A stretch of 64,000 nt of DNA from Isurus oxyrinchus (taxonomy: Eukaryota): NCBI GenBank assembly GCA_026770705.1, contig JANJGN010000012.1:91574001-91638000 (forward strand), written 5' to 3'. Below are positions 1 through 13,355 of the stretch, in pieces. Position 1 is the first letter of the stretch, and the number at the start of each line of letters is the position of its first letter. Under the pieces are notes generated by a model. The model worked only from the letters and a program-made list of their open reading frames with translations, had not been told where the DNA came from and searched no databases. Both the position numbers and the translations under genes were made by a program.

Positions 1-1735
1 GAGGCAGTATGTCAGAGTGAGAATGCATCAGCTGATACTCGATCATTGCTGCTTCACGGAATGTACCACCATTCTCACTCACTGAAGGGCTGGTGTCAAA
101 GGGTTCATATCTACTAGAATGAAGTTACTGGCTCAAGCACAATGTTCTGATGCCAAAGATTTGGGCTTCTGTCAAAGACCTAAGCAAATGTTATTAATCT
201 ATTGTTCGCTCCTTAAATTTAAAAAAAATTCACAGTATTATATGCTTTTTATGCAAAGCTCTGTGCATAAGCCAGATATGGAATTAAAATAACCCTTCAG
301 AAAAATATAGGAAAGCTACTTTTTTCAATTAGCTATTTGCAAAATTACTGTGTACATTGAGATTCACGTTCCTACTTAAAATTTACATTCCAGAGTAGGC
401 TCATCTTATTTTCTGCATGAAACCTGACTCAGATAAAACAATCCAAACCTGAACCCTTCATCTTTGTAAAATGCTAGCACAGAGAATCTAGATAACAAAT
501 AAAGTAGAACTGTGATTTGTTCCCAAACTATTAATCATTGCATCTGTCAAATATATGTAATTACTTCATCAGTCGCATAAGTAGCTAAATCCTTTAATTA
601 GTGCAGTAAGTTTGTTGCAATGAACTTAGTTTAACAAATGCAAACACAGAGCAAATTTCAGTTTATTTGTGTTTATCTCAAGATTACCATAAGTAAGCAA
701 TATTCTCAGTATTTAATATTATGCATAGAAATATTGCACCTAATATATCCAAGAAAAATTTGTACTTTAAAAGATGAATTTTCAGGACTCAAAAGGGTCA
801 AAATGCTTTCACATAAAAATGTGAGTGAGAGGTTTTTTTTCCACTTAATTTTTAATACCTCCAAAAGCTTCAACGACATATAAAGCTGGATATAATCTAT
901 AGTGTTTTGCATCAATAACACATTTTCCTTTTTTTCCCAGCACAGATGCTGGAAGGGACAATTTCTAATGTTGTATGTTGAACAATAGTTTCAGGGTACA
1001 TACAAATACCTTACATGGCCATATCAAATGTTGTTCACAGGGGAAAGGGAGGAATAAATTCCTGTAAAAAGCCCCATTTAAGGATAATCATGGTAAGTGT
1101 TACTTTTATATCTCTTCCCGATAAATTAAACTCTCATATATTGAATTTCTACCCCAGTAAGGATTGCAGTTTATTTGTTCCCCACTTTAATGAAAAACAA
1201 TGCAATTGAAAGCTTTGCATGAATAGGCCCACCTTCAGGCAGATCTCAACAGTGTGTAGATATGCTATGAGTAGAACAAAATCAGCCTGCAGGCTGCCTA
1301 CATCATCTCCCTGACCTCAGTTTTTGTGGCCTGCATTCTCTCCTGGGGCCTAGTTATTATTTCTTGGTCCTTTCACTAAAGGGATGAAGAACAGAAATAA
1401 TGATCTGAAGGTAAATGCAGTTTTTGGCTTGCACCCATGCCAAGCTATATGTTACCAATGGCAAACCAACAAACCTGAACAATTTTATGAATGTTCACGT
1501 AAGCGCTGAAGGTATTAAGTGTAGCCAAATTTGTTTCAGATTCTGAGGTTTTTATAGTCCCACAGAAGCTTTGGTAACCAAACTTATTCTGTTCAACAAA
1601 AAAAAACAACAAATCAACTGACGTGCAGATGATTGCTTAGAATTTAAGGCAAATTGGAAAATTAGTAGGCAGTTATTGGTTGCTTCTACTATTACAGGTA
1701 AAAATGACTTTCTCCTTTATGCCCTATACAGACTA

Positions 1736-1833
1736 TAACAGCAACTACACTTCAAAAGTAGTAAATTAGCTGTAAAGTGTTTTGGAACATCCTGAGGTTG
1801 TGAAAGGTACTATACAAATGCAAGTATTTCTTC
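1736..1833 (+). mobile_element. 3' fragment of SacSINE1/Deu-SINE-like element
   Basis: acacttcaaaagta...gctgtaaagtgttttggaacatcctgaggttgtgaaaggtactatacaaatgcaagt matches the 3' tail of the copy at 3205-3628. Confidence 0.7.
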
Positions 1834-2644
1834 TATACAGGTCATTTACGGCCACCTGTACTCTCAGGCCAAGATGATTCGCTACTGGCTAAAAGCTTCT
1901 CCGTGATACCACTGTAGCTCTATAATTGAATGATTCTGATTCAAAACTTGGTACTTGAAATGTATCCTGCCAATACTTCCTAAGCTGCAATCACTGATAA
2001 TGAAATGTTGCAACAACAAGTTGTAGAATCAAGGTAGGCCTGAATTTTGAATTGCACAACAACCTAGTGACAACAAGGAACTCAGTCCATTTTTTAAGTC
2101 AATCAAGCTTTGATTGAGGATACTGAGGTAATGAGTGCTTCACTGATGTTCTTGATAACTACACAGATTCAGTCCTGCCTCAGGATATCTATTGTGGCTT
2201 CTCAGCAACAACAAATGCCATGAAGTAGATCAAACTATTAATGTAGCAGGTGAGGCTATTTAAATGTTTCATCTCTGAACTCATTGTAGAGATCTAATAA
2301 TTATCTTGCCTGGAATCATTCGCTTTGCTACTTTTTCCATGAACTCACTCAAATTAATTCTTCAGCATTGGATGTAAACATTGCCAATTTAATCAGGAAC
2401 ATTTCCTCTGTGGTAATGAGTTTATTTTATAAAGTTCTTACTTTCATTTTATTTATTTAAGATAACTGTAAGATGTAGTATTGCTTAAGTCAGTACTCTA
2501 GACACCTAAGGTCCCTTGAGTAATAGGGCAAAGGTGAACTGCTAGCTGTGTTTATAAAAGAAGACATGTCGTTCACAGGAACACATTTGACACCATTGCT
2601 GAGAGAAAATAATTTGTTCAAATCAGAGTTGACACAACCTTTGT

Positions 2645-2880
2645 AATCTCCCATCACCACCCGGAGAGTGGTTCGATATGGAACTCTCTACTATGTAGCA
2701 TAGTTAAGGCAAATACCATAGATGCATTTAGAGGAAGCTTGACAAGTACACGAGGGAGAAAGAAATAAAAGGATATATGAATAAGGTTAGATGAAGTGGC
2801 ATGGAAGGAGGTTTATGTGGAATGTTAAGTCTGACATAGACCGGTTGGACTGAAGGAACTGAAATTTCTGTGGTCAGCTG
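2645..2880 (+). mobile_element. Degenerate 3' end of CR1 LINE
   Basis: agagtggttcgatatggaactctcta...gatgcatttagaggaagcttgacaagtacacgagggag resembles the CR1 ORF2 C-terminus/3' UTR also seen at 31425-31870 and 50950-51187. Confidence 0.55.
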
Positions 2881-3204
2881 TAAACAAATGGTGTTCATTA
2901 CACTTACATTTTCCCACAGTCTTTCAGTTGGTTTTGCACTGATTAGTATTGTAATTAGAGAGCCAAAACAGCACAGTAGCCTCTACATGGGATCTGGGGC
3001 ATTGGTGAACAGGGAAAGCAGTTGTGCATGTCCAGTCAGACTGAAGAATTGTCAATAAGCAATGCAAAGTCAGGTGCAGGCAGGATAGATTAGAGTATTT
3101 AAGCCAATGTCAAATCAGTACCGAAAGTGAAATAGAGGGGGAAATGGGATTAAGAGAGAGATAAAAAGGGACAGAAAGACAAGTTTTAAACCAAGAATTT
3201 ACTA

Positions 3205-3628
3205 TGTCAACTGTGATTCAGTTAGTATCACGCTAACCTCTGAATCACAAGTTCTGGGTTAAACCCCACTGAAGTGCTTGAGCACAAAAATCACGGTTGA
3301 CACATTTTTCGGATGAAACATTAAACTGAGGCTTCATCTGTCTGCTTGGGTGATGTAAAGGATCCCATAGTACAATTTTAAAAAATAGCAAAGTAAACTG
3401 TGTCTGGTGTCCTAGCTGATATTTACCCCTCAATCAGCATCATAAAGAAACAGATTATATAGTCATTATCACATCAATGTTTGTGGGAGTTTGTTGTGCA
3501 TAAATTAGCTGCTGCATTTGCTATATTACAACAATGACTACACTTTAAAAGTACTTCATTGGCTGTAAAGCGCTTTGAGACATCTGGAGGTCATGAAAAG
3601 TGTTATATAAATGTAAGTATTTTTTCTG
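3205..3628 (+). mobile_element. Near full-length SacSINE1-like (tRNA-derived, Deu-domain) SINE
   Basis: tRNA-like head (gtgattcagttagta...gggttaaacccca), central ggatgaaacattaaactgagg...gatgtaaaggatcccat domain, tail gtacttcattggctgtaaagcgctttgagac...tatataaatgtaagt. Confidence 0.75.
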
Positions 3629-4399
3629 TCTTTATTTTTTTAAACTTCACCAGCATTAATTAAAAGTTGAAAGAATGAAACCCCACACTTATAAAAGTTA
3701 ACTTCCAGTGTCAGATGTTGTTTAGTAGTAATTAAGAATTATCACACCATTAAAAATTTACATTTACTTGAATGGACAAGCACTCTTTTTCTTACAAGGT
3801 TTGTGGGTATCTGTCAAACAAGTATCACAAATCCATGCCTTCCAAGTGTTTCACTACCAAGTTTCTCAATGAGATTTTAGCATTGTACAACTTGTGATGC
3901 AGCAGGGCAACTTAGACAGCAAATACCTGATTTCTGTGGTGAATTGAGCATGTGCATATGAAGTTGTTGTCCAATTTCTGTTTAACAACATTGAGTGCCT
4001 CATTATTATTTTTACCACAAAATCCAGAGCAATATAATTGTGGCGGTATTTTGAAGTTGCCAGATACATCACAACTGTAGTCAAATATAGCTATCAGAAT
4101 CTGTGACAACATCAGAGGAATTCAGTTGTGGATATTGTTGCTTACTTTATATTCCTAATACTTCTTCCCTTTTTGTCTATTCCTTTTGAGATGTAGCAAA
4201 AGCAAACCTTAAGAGGCTGTTCTGCAAGTCACCATATCAAATTCTCCATCCCACTCTGACCTTGTCCTCCTACACTATCTCATAAAAGCTCAACACAAGC
4301 TTGAAAAACAGCACCTCTCCTTTCTTTTCGGCACTTCACAGCTTTCTGGATTCAACAATGGGGTTCAACGACTTCAGATTATAACCTCTATCCCTCTGC

Positions 4400-4990
4400 A
4401 TAAATCACAGAAGGAGAGTACGCAGGTACAAAAAATAATTAGGAAAGCTAATAGAATGTTATCATTTATTGCATGGGGAATTAAATATAAAAGTAAGGAG
4501 GTTATAATTCAGTTGTACAGGGCACTAGTGAGACCACATTTGGAGTTCTGTATACCACATTGGTCACCTTATTTAAGGAAGGATGTAAATACATTGGAAG
4601 CAATTCAGAGAAGGTTTACCAAACTAATACCTGGAATGGGTGGGTTGTCTATGAGGAGTTTAGAAGAGTAAGAGGAAACTTGGTTGAAACATATAACTAG
4701 GGGTCACTGTTTAAAAATAAGGGGTCACCCATTTAAAGCAGAGATGAGGCAACATTTTTTCACTCAGAGGGTTGTGAGTCTTTGGAATTCTCTTCCCCAA
4801 AAAGGCAATGGAAGCAGGGTCTTTGAATATTTTTAAGGCAAAGGTGGATAGATTCTTGGTAAGCAAGGGGTGATAGGTTATCGGGGTAGTGGGGTGCAGA
4901 TTTCAGGTTACTATCAGATCAGCTATGATTTTACTAAGAGACAGAGTAGGCTCGAGGGGGTGAATGGCTGGCTCCTGCTCCTTGTTCCTA
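4400..4990 (+). mobile_element. 5'-truncated CR1 LINE (ORF2 C-terminus and 3' UTR)
   Basis: ORF 4456-4671 LYRALVRPHLEFC...WSPYLRKDV..LEAIQRRFTKLIPG is the classic CR1 RT C-terminal motif; ends in gaatggctggctcctgctccttgttcct. Confidence 0.85.
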
Positions 4991-5107
4991 AATCCTCTTT
5001 TTAGCTTAGTGTTTTTTTTTGGACCATAGCTACTGATGATTCTGCTTTTCCCATTTACACGTCTTCTAGAATTATCCTTTTATTTAAAACTTGATCCATT
5101 ACCATCT

Positions 5108-5272
5108 AAAAAGCAAAATACTGTGGATGCTGGAAATCTGAAACAAACACAGCTGGAAAAACTCAGCAGGTCTGGCAGAACTGATGAAGAGTCATATGGA
5201 CTCGAAACGTTAACTCTGTCTTCCTCTCCACAGATGCTGTCAGATCTGCTGAGTTTTTCCAGCTATTTTTGT
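5108..5272. mobile_element. 165-bp inverted pair of PLE pseudo-LTR ends with hammerhead motif
   Basis: Minus-strand end 5108-5178 joined to plus-strand end 5179-5272; flanked by tccattaccat(c/g)t at 5095-5107 and 5273-5285; ctgatga...gaaac at 5181-5208. Confidence 0.8.
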
Positions 5273-6381
5273 TCCATTACCATGTCCTTTGTCTTGCACT
5301 ATCATCTCTTTTGTCATTTAATCTCTTCCATTGTCCACCCAATCACAGACCTTCCCTTTTGTTCTTTCCCTGTATCCTCACCCTTGTTGCATTTCCAACT
5401 GTTTCAGGTCTGCTGAAAGGTCATCAATCTCTCCACAGTTACTGTCTGAACTGATGAGTGTTTCCTGAATTTTCTGGTTTTGTTTCAGATTTCTAGCATC
5501 CATAGTATTTTGCTTTTACATCAAAATTCCTTCCTGAAATTAATGAAAACTATTTTGTATATTTGCAGAAAGTAAATACCTGGCTGAGAGTAAAAAGGTG
5601 TGATTCAACGGTTAATCACCAAACACTTAAGCTTCAAACTCATTATTATGGACATCAACAGAACGCTTGAATCGAATCACAGCCCTCTAACACACTGTAT
5701 TTGTATACTTACTCAAAAGAACATGGATAAACATACATTTAAATCTGGCATATTCTTCCAACAAATTTACTAAATGCTCTGTAAGAACATTTGCCAGGAT
5801 TTCCTGGCTATATATAAACTGTAGGAATCATTCCACATTCTGTGCTTTATTTTCACACTGTACTTCATTAATGCATTGAGTGGCACGATTCCAACACTGT
5901 CCCTTAAAATAACTTCAGCCTTCATACTGCTACATTCCTCATAGGGCTTAAATATCATGTAAACATATTTAGTGCATAGTTTCACAGTTTTATAAATGTC
6001 AAATTCTAATTAAAGGCCAGCTCATACATTTTACTTTATCAGCATTTATAGTAATAAATTTAAGTAAATTTTATGCCAAACACCCAGTTTTAGACTACCT
6101 TTTGTTTTAGAAAATGGGAAACAGAATAATCATTTCTATAACTACCTTGTCAAAAACAATTTTTTTCAAAATCTTTTCCAGTAAAGGACACTGCAAAAAT
6201 AAAAAACAAACCTACTTATTCTGGTATTTTTTTGCTGAATTCTCCTCTGATACCATTCCATCAATAATACTGGATAATTGAAGCCAGATTCTGTCAAATG
6301 AGCATTGACTCTTAATCATCACCTGACAGGAAGTGAGTTGTGACAATTTTCCCACCCAAGTTGAAATCTCTATTCTTATGC

Positions 6382-6401
6382 AGCACTCCACCTAGTGGCT
6401 A
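6382..6401 (-). promoter_or_regulatory. Candidate CTCF binding site
   Basis: Reverse complement tagccactaggtggagtgct fits the CTCF core; motif match only. Confidence 0.35.
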
Positions 6402-6445
6402 ATAAACTAATGATGCTTATATAACTGAGGCAAAAAAAGATTTAT

Positions 6446-7678
6446 GGCTCGGAACATCCGTTCTCCAGGGGGTCATACACTGGAGTTATGCCAGAAGATG
6501 TGCTGGGGGACCCCCAGGAAGTTCCCAGGCAAGCACTGTTTGAAAATTTCCCAGTAAGTTTAAATTTATGATGGGCAATAACCCTGCACCAGGAACCATC
6601 TGAAACTCCAGTGTAAATTGGAGACTTTGGATGGTTCCGACTCACTAAGCAGAATAGTTACTCAGGAAAATTTAGAAGGATTAAAACTACTTCTAACTCC
6701 TGGGTAACTATGGTACTAACATTACCCCCCCCAACCCCGACCACCCTGCACTCCCTCTGACTAGCTCCAATCCCCAACCACCCTACCCTCCCACCCCCTT
6801 CTCCCCACACCACACTGCCTCCACCCACCAGCTACCTCTCCGCTCCCCCACCACTATCCTGCTCCACCCCATGACTTCCAGCCCCTGACACCTGGCCACC
6901 CTACTCCCCTGACTACTGCCCAATCCCGACTACCCCCCCCAAACACCTTACTCTCCCGGCTACCCCATTTCCAACTACCCACCCAATTGCCCTCACTAAC
7001 CCCCACCCCTGACTTCACCCCCCCCCCAACTACCCTACTTCCACCCATCAACTAACCACCCCTCGACGCACTCAACATCCCCGACCTTCATAACCCAGCT
7101 CTCCCCGACTACCACACAGACCACCCTACCCCACCGACTACCAGCCCCTGACTATCCTGCCACCCCACCAACTACCCCCCAAATCTCCCCAACTAACCCC
7201 CAACCCCTGACTACCCCAATCCCCCGTTGAGTACTTTACCCCTTGTTCTCCAACTATCCCCTAATGCCTCCCACACTACACCCCCCACACCGCAACTATT
7301 CCCACGACCACACTACTCCAACCCCCTAAACACCCGACAACCTCCCACAAACCCCGACTTCCCTCCCACTCCCCAACTACACCCCAACCTGATCATCTGA
7401 CCCACCTCGAACCCTCTGACCACCCTATTCCCTCACCCACTTACCTGACACACTTGCCATCTCTCCTACCAAAATGCTGCAATCTTTAAACTTCCCCACT
7501 TTGTGGCAGCTCGTGCTGCTGCTCTGCGCTGGAAGGACTCCGGAGTTCCTGCGTTGCACATTTTTCACCAGGTGGTTGAAAGTCCAGGCAAGAAATATGC
7601 AGCTCTATTCCAGTGTAAGTAAAAATGAGCAGAGTGGCAATCCAATGGTGATTGCAACTCCATGGAATTTCTGGACCC
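6446..7678. mobile_element. Probable non-autonomous DNA transposon (MITE-like) with C-rich low-complexity interior
   Basis: Imperfect inverted ends ggctcggaacatcc / ggaatttctggaccc; 6725-7470 is degenerate cccgactacc-type low-complexity repeat. Confidence 0.45.
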
Positions 7679-7749
7679 ATGTTACACAAATCTGGAGTAG
7701 AAAAATATATATATATAAAAATATATAATAAATTATTAGAAAAAGGGAT

Positions 7750-8206
7750 AATTTTTTAAATATATATTTTTCTTTTCCCACCTAATTCTATTATTATTTT
7801 AAAAATTTATTTCCATCCATTGTTTTATCTCCAACTTTTAGCCTATTTGATCCCCACCCCACCCCCCACTAGGGCTATCTGTCACTTGCTCATCCTGCTT
7901 TCTACCCTTAATGTCACCATTAGCACATCCTTTAGCTAATATCACTACCATCAACACCCCTTTGACCTTTTGTCTATAACATCTTTGGCAATCACTCCTT
8001 TGCCTCGACCTATCACTGGCCCCCTATCCAGCTCCACCTGTCACACCCCCCACCCCCCCACCTTAAACAGCTTATATTTCACATCATTTCTATTCCTCTT
8101 TAGTTCTGATGAAGAGTCATACGGACTCGAAACGTTAACTCTGTTTTCCTCTCCACAGATGTTGTCAGACCTGCTGAGTTTTTCCAGCAATTTTTGTTTT
8201 TGTTTT
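7750..8206 (+). mobile_element. PLE 3' UTR/pseudo-LTR fragment
   Basis: Collinear with the 3' end of the young PLE at 18900-19350 (cccccactag, ccttaaac.agcttatatttc, gacctgctgagtttttccag). Confidence 0.8.
8102..8140 (+). ncRNA. Minimal type I hammerhead ribozyme motif with canonical core
   Basis: agtt-CTGATGA-a-gagtc(atacg)gactc-GAAAC-GTT-aact: stem I agtt/aact, stem II gagtc/gactc, loopless palindromic stem III ACGT. Confidence 0.65.
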
Positions 8207-9020
8207 AGCTCCTTAATTTGTTGGATTGGTTAGTTTTGGAGGAAGTAGAATTGGTGGGTGGAAATGTTCCGGGAGACGTATCTTATGGCTTGACAAATTT
8301 CTGAAAGCTGAGATCTTTCACCAAAGAGCTAACTGGATGGTGAGTCAACCATGCTGTTCCTAACAAGCTCTCAGCAGGTAATGATGTGGGGGGATCTAAA
8401 TCAGAGGAGGGGTGAGATCATGCAACAGACAGCAAATTATAAATGCAGTAACCATTCACTGGATCTATCATGCCCCAATTTCATTAGCCTATGTTACTGG
8501 CACGGATCTATGAGAGGACATGATCTGCTTATATTTACACCAATGTATTACTGACACTGATCCTTTGATAGTGGAAGCAATTCTCCCTGCTCCTTAAGAA
8601 ATATTGTTTTCCACAAGTAATATATCTTCTTGAGCTAAATTACCAGAAAATGACATGCATGTTTTGAAAAATTAGGTCATATATTTTACGTTCTCTGTAT
8701 GTTGGAGGCCTGTCATAAATCACCACGTCATCATTTCTTTAATGTGCTTCTACACATAGGGTTTCCATCAATGTAATTCATCCCTTTTTGCTTCATGGTC
8801 AGTACTCTTGCCTCCCCTAGTGTCATGTTGATGCTCTTCAAATCTTGGTTCTTGTCACCTAAGTCAGCCTCAGTATTGTTTTCAGCGTTTTTTCCCCTTC
8901 AGGCTCCCAGGTAAGCTTTCTCTTAAACAGATGTTTTGTTGGGTGTCCAAAGGATATGATCAAACAATTCTTACAAATGCTTTCCTGCTCTCTGTCTGAT
9001 ATATTAGTAATTTTGTACTG

Positions 9021-10686
9021 TGTCTTAATCCTCAATACACAGGAATGACAATGATGGTCAAAGACATTGGAGGTAATATGGATAATAGCGAATCAACAAA
9101 TTGACGCCTCTCCCAGTTTTTATTTTCATTCATGTCAATGGCAAAGTGTTATTTTTTACAAAATTGTATGAAGTCAAGATCAACTTCAAGGGACTGGACA
9201 CTGTGTCTGGATGGCTAACACTGTCTCCCCCTGGCAGGCCCTTTTTACTCAAATAGCCAACGTTCCAGGGGACAACAAAGAAAATGCTTCAAAAACACAC
9301 TGAAATTTTCCTTGAAGCCTGACACATTGACATTAATGACTGGGAGGAACTTGCTGCCAACCATTCAGAATGGTGATAACTTGTCCAAGCTGCATTGTGT
9401 TTTGTTTAATGTCTTAATGATGAGACAGAGTGGCAGCAGAAAAGGAAAGAAAAGATAACAAATCCTGCTCTCTGGGTCCCACTACATTGTGGGACATCCT
9501 GCCCTAATTGCCCAAAAACATGCAGGTCGATAATCGGCCTGTTCAGTCACATGAAGATCCATGGCAGAAACTCATGGCCCTGAGTTGACATCATCCTCGA
9601 TTTTGAGGGACAGCCAACGACAAGGACAATGATTATGGTGGCAAAGTCAAAATGACCCCATTTAGTCTCCTTTGCCAATAATAAATGAATTAGTAAGGAA
9701 ATTAGCAAGACCTACATGTGTTTCTTTTTGTTGAACAGATAATATATTCATGTTAGCGGATGACCACCCTTTTTTTACATATTCCTGGACCCCAAGTCAA
9801 ATTTAATTTAATAGTCTTTAGCAATGAGATCTAACGTGGTCGTGCTATCTTTTCTTTCTCCAATGCCAACAACTAATCTTGTGCTGTATGAATCTCGTTA
9901 ACATAATTGCAATAATGTTTTGTTCTGAAGGCTTCCTTTTTCTCAGAACAACAAGCCAAAGTGTTGAGTCTGTTACACAATTGAACATGATGATATTTCT
10001 ATAGCAGAATATAATGACTGCCAGTTAAACCTTTGGCCAACTTTTAAAAATGAGTGCAATTATGATCAGAATATATTAGCCTATCTGCAGAAAACTGTCA
10101 ACAAGGAGATATTCTGTGGTTCTTTTTGAATTGTATTTAAGATATTCTAATGTTACATAACTGGAAATAGGTGCCTGTGCTAACATATGCAAATTCTGCA
10201 ATCAAAGGGTTAATCAAGTGTGGGATTGATCTAGCAGCAGAAAAAATAGCAGTCCGGTGGTTTCTCTTGCCTTCAATATAGTGCTTTTAATGAGTTTTGT
10301 GGATGACATTTTGAACAGTGATATTGTACATTGAACATCATTTCCATTATTTACAATAGCAATTCAGAAATACTGGAGAATTATGAAGCCTTTCCATTTG
10401 TCAGCTGATAGTACTGTATAAGATGGTTACCAGGGCTGAGATGACATCATAAACAGAGATGTATAAGCATTCTCTGAACATTATCTGAACCCAGAAATAG
10501 TGGCACAGCTTTGAATTGTCTCCTAGTTACCAGTAACGTTATGTAAAAGATAGCAAGTACATGATTTTGACATTTGACATGAAATAAAAATTGGGGGAGG
10601 CGTAAATTTGCTAATTCGCTATTATCCATATTACCTCCAATGTCTTTGACCATCATTGTCATTCCTGTGTATTGAGGATTAAGACA
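9021..10686. repeat. ~120-bp inverted repeat pair (9021-9138 / 10570-10686)
   Basis: tgtcttaatcctcaatacacagg...taatagcgaat is the exact reverse complement of 10614-10686; the inner ~45 bp are diverged. Confidence 0.9.
9178..9625 (+). mobile_element. RTE-clade LINE 3' fragment
   Basis: Degenerate GHCVWM...QRKCFKNTLK...WEELAA motifs and C-terminal CPNCPKTCRSIIGLFSHMKIH zinc finger. Confidence 0.7.
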
Positions 10687-11484
10687 AATACAGTTGCCTA
10701 GTCTATAGAACTGACTGAGTTTGTGATCAGAATTGCCAACTGATGCTGCTCAGGAGAATAAAATGTTTTACTTGCAATGTGCCCCTGATTATTAGTGATC
10801 TGTTATGTACAACATTTGAATCTGACTATTCACTTAATGCAGAATATCCTTCACATGTATTTGACACAAATCAGAATTGGATTTTGCAAACTATTGGTTG
10901 AGAGTATATAATCCTACAACTCTTAAAGGTGATCATTTTAAATTAATCAATTAAGCTTGTTTTCAATAAAGTGATCTGGGCTATAAGAATAGCATGGAAT
11001 GTCTGCTTCCACATATATGGAAGGCAATAATTCACTCAAATTAAAAGAAAATAGGGAAGTATCTGATCTGAGAAGAGATAATTAGGGCTAAACTGAGTAC
11101 AAGGGTGTTGTTACACTGAGACACGAAATCAGCTGTAGATGTCCATGTCTCTCTTTCTGCTGGCTACCATCCATAGAGCAAATAATTTCAGAATTTCAGG
11201 TGTCAGAAAATGACAGTATTGTAAATCCAAAAATATTCAGTTCTGCCATTGGGATGAACAGTGCTTCCTATAATGTAAATTCTGGAAGTTGATCCTGTCT
11301 ATTTGTTCTCTGGATCTCCATAGTAACAGTGGAAGCTAACACTCCTACAAAAACTGGCTCCCACTTGTAGTGCAGAGAGTCATGCTTCCCTCAACAGCTG
11401 TGCTTTACAATCAATTTAAATTTGAACACCTTAACAATTTTAAAACTGCACCTTATTTAGCACATTATTTAAAGAAGTGAGTAT

Positions 11485-12190
11485 TTTTTAAAAAGTATAC
11501 TTTATTCATAAAATATCTGAAAGAACATTACAAAACATTTCAAACATCACAAAAAGAGCAATGATATTCAAGTTTTCCACATAGATCATGAGGTGCTTCA
11601 ATACAATCAATGAACTTTACAGACATTTCAACGTGGTCATTACAGGCAGTCAGACAGTGCACTGCTATTCAAGTTATTTACATAGATCATGTTGCACTCT
11701 GAGGTGCTCGACTAATGGCTGGAGCATGTAATTGTGATGCATGTAATATTCACTGCATACAGACAATGTGAGTTATACAGCTCAAGGTATATATACAATT
11801 CCCAGCCCCTCAGTGCACCGTGGCTAAAAGGTCTTGGAAAGCGACCTTTCCCCATTGCACCTTTGTGGCGGCTGACCCAAGCTTTAGTGCATCCCTCAGC
11901 ACATAGTCCTGGACCTTGGAATGTGCCAGTCTGCAACACTCAGTCAGGGACAACTCATTGCACCGGAAGACCAACAGGCAGACCAAGGAGCATCTTTCAC
12001 CAAGTTGATCTTCCAGATGTTGTTGATTCTTGTCTCGGTGTGTGTCCCTGGGAACAGCCCATAGAGCACAGAGTCCTGTGTCACGGAGCTGCTCGGGCTG
12101 AACCTTGACAAAAACCATTGCATCTCTCCAGACCTCCTTTGCAAAGGCACATTCTACAAGGAGGTGAACAATGGTCTCTTTTCTGCCAGA
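11485..12190 (-). mobile_element. Tx1/L1-group LINE 3' fragment
   Basis: ETIVHLLVECAFAKEVWR (HxxxxC knuckle) through CCRLAHSKVQDYVLRDALKLG; aataaa and A-rich end on the minus strand at ~11485-11505. Confidence 0.75.
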
Positions 12191-13007
12191 ACAGATTTTT
12201 TTTTGGTATACTGAGGGGGCAGCAGTACTTTCTTTTAAGCAACTGCACCATTCTGTGTTCAAAAAAATTATGTTCCATCCTTGATGTCCACAGTAAAGGT
12301 GTTGTTTCTTGTATCTGTCCCAGGACCAGATAACAACTGGATATAACCTCTCAGGCTGAATACATTCAGTAGAGGAAATCTGAGTGGCTCCCCATCATTA
12401 ATGGCATGGATCAGCTCAGTAATGAAGAAGGCTGGGATCCAGGATGGTCTCCATTTAAATAATCAATTCCTGGGACTGAAGAGGGAGAAAGTCCAATTTT
12501 TGCCTGGGGAAGGAAGAGGATTGTCGGTAGGCATGCCCTAAAATATGGGGAGGAGCTTGGTTTAGACTGGACCATTCAATTCTGGCTGATAGGAGGAAAA
12601 TCTGCCGATAGCTGTTTTACTAGATCAATGAGGAGAATTGGCAATGGTTTGCTGGATTTTACTGAGAAATTTTTCCCTTTAAACCATTGGAAGTGTTGCA
12701 ACTGTGATGAACTGTATTCCTGGAGATCTCATCACATGGCTTGCCTCCTGCTCCAGCCATTAGTCGAGCCAGCACATCCATCCCTGTGATGTACTGCCTT
12801 CCTATGACAATTGGATAGCAAAAAGACTCATTATCCAATTGGATGATGCTTGACTGTCAGCCAAACAGACTTTTTTTCTCACTTCAATATTTTTATACCT
12901 GGTAAAGAGAAATGTTCAAAGAAAATGGCAAAACAAAATATTTTTTAATGTCCCGATGATTTTTTTTCAGGGGTGCACACAGTCTATTACCAGAAGATGT
13001 ACCATTA

Positions 13008-13072
13008 GAACATAAGAACATAAGAAAAAGGAACAGGAGTAGACCATTCAGCCCTTAAAGCCTGCTCTGCCC
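13008..13072 (-). mobile_element. CR1 3' tail fragment
   Basis: agaacataagaacataag 8-mer tail repeat plus caggagtagaccattcagccc. Confidence 0.65.
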
Positions 13073-13254
13073 ATGGGATGAAAGCACTTAGCCAGCCACT
13101 TTTCAGGCTGCAAAGCAGGCGGAATTGCTGTTCCTTGCATTTAGAATGCTCACTGACCTGTATGGACCATCCTGAGCATTATAACAACTTTGTTTAATCT
13201 GCTATGATAACACACTATACTTGGGGCAGATTGCACAACACTAGCATCTGAGGC

Positions 13255-13355
13255 AGCAGTTCTGTTGAAAGGTCATCAACCTGAAAGTTAACTCTGTTTC
13301 TCACAGATTCTGCCTGACCTGCTGAGTATTCCCAGAATTTTCTGTTTTTATTGCA
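13255..13355 (+). mobile_element. Old PLE pseudo-LTR end with decayed hammerhead
   Basis: agttctgttgaaaggtcatcaacctgaaagttaactc...gacctgctgagtatt. Confidence 0.65.

Larger units (their letters stand above)
4235..5520 (+). mobile_element. Old Penelope-like element 3' fragment, interrupted by a CR1 piece and a younger PLE mini-insertion
   Basis: 4288-4378 reads AQHKLEKQHLSFLFGTSQLSGFN, homologous to the AQRKLEEQHLIFRLGTLQPSGLN end of the young PLE ORF; degenerate pLTR and tail at 5410-5520. Confidence 0.6.

Noticed and set aside
638-4112. Short ORFs of 60-80 aa as host genes
   Set aside because: No recognisable domains, biased composition, and expected by chance in AT-rich non-coding DNA; the same applies to similar short ORFs across the window.
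6725-7470. Telomeric or G-quadruplex functional array
   Set aside because: Highly degenerate C-rich low-complexity sequence within a probable MITE; no regular ccctaa periodicity.
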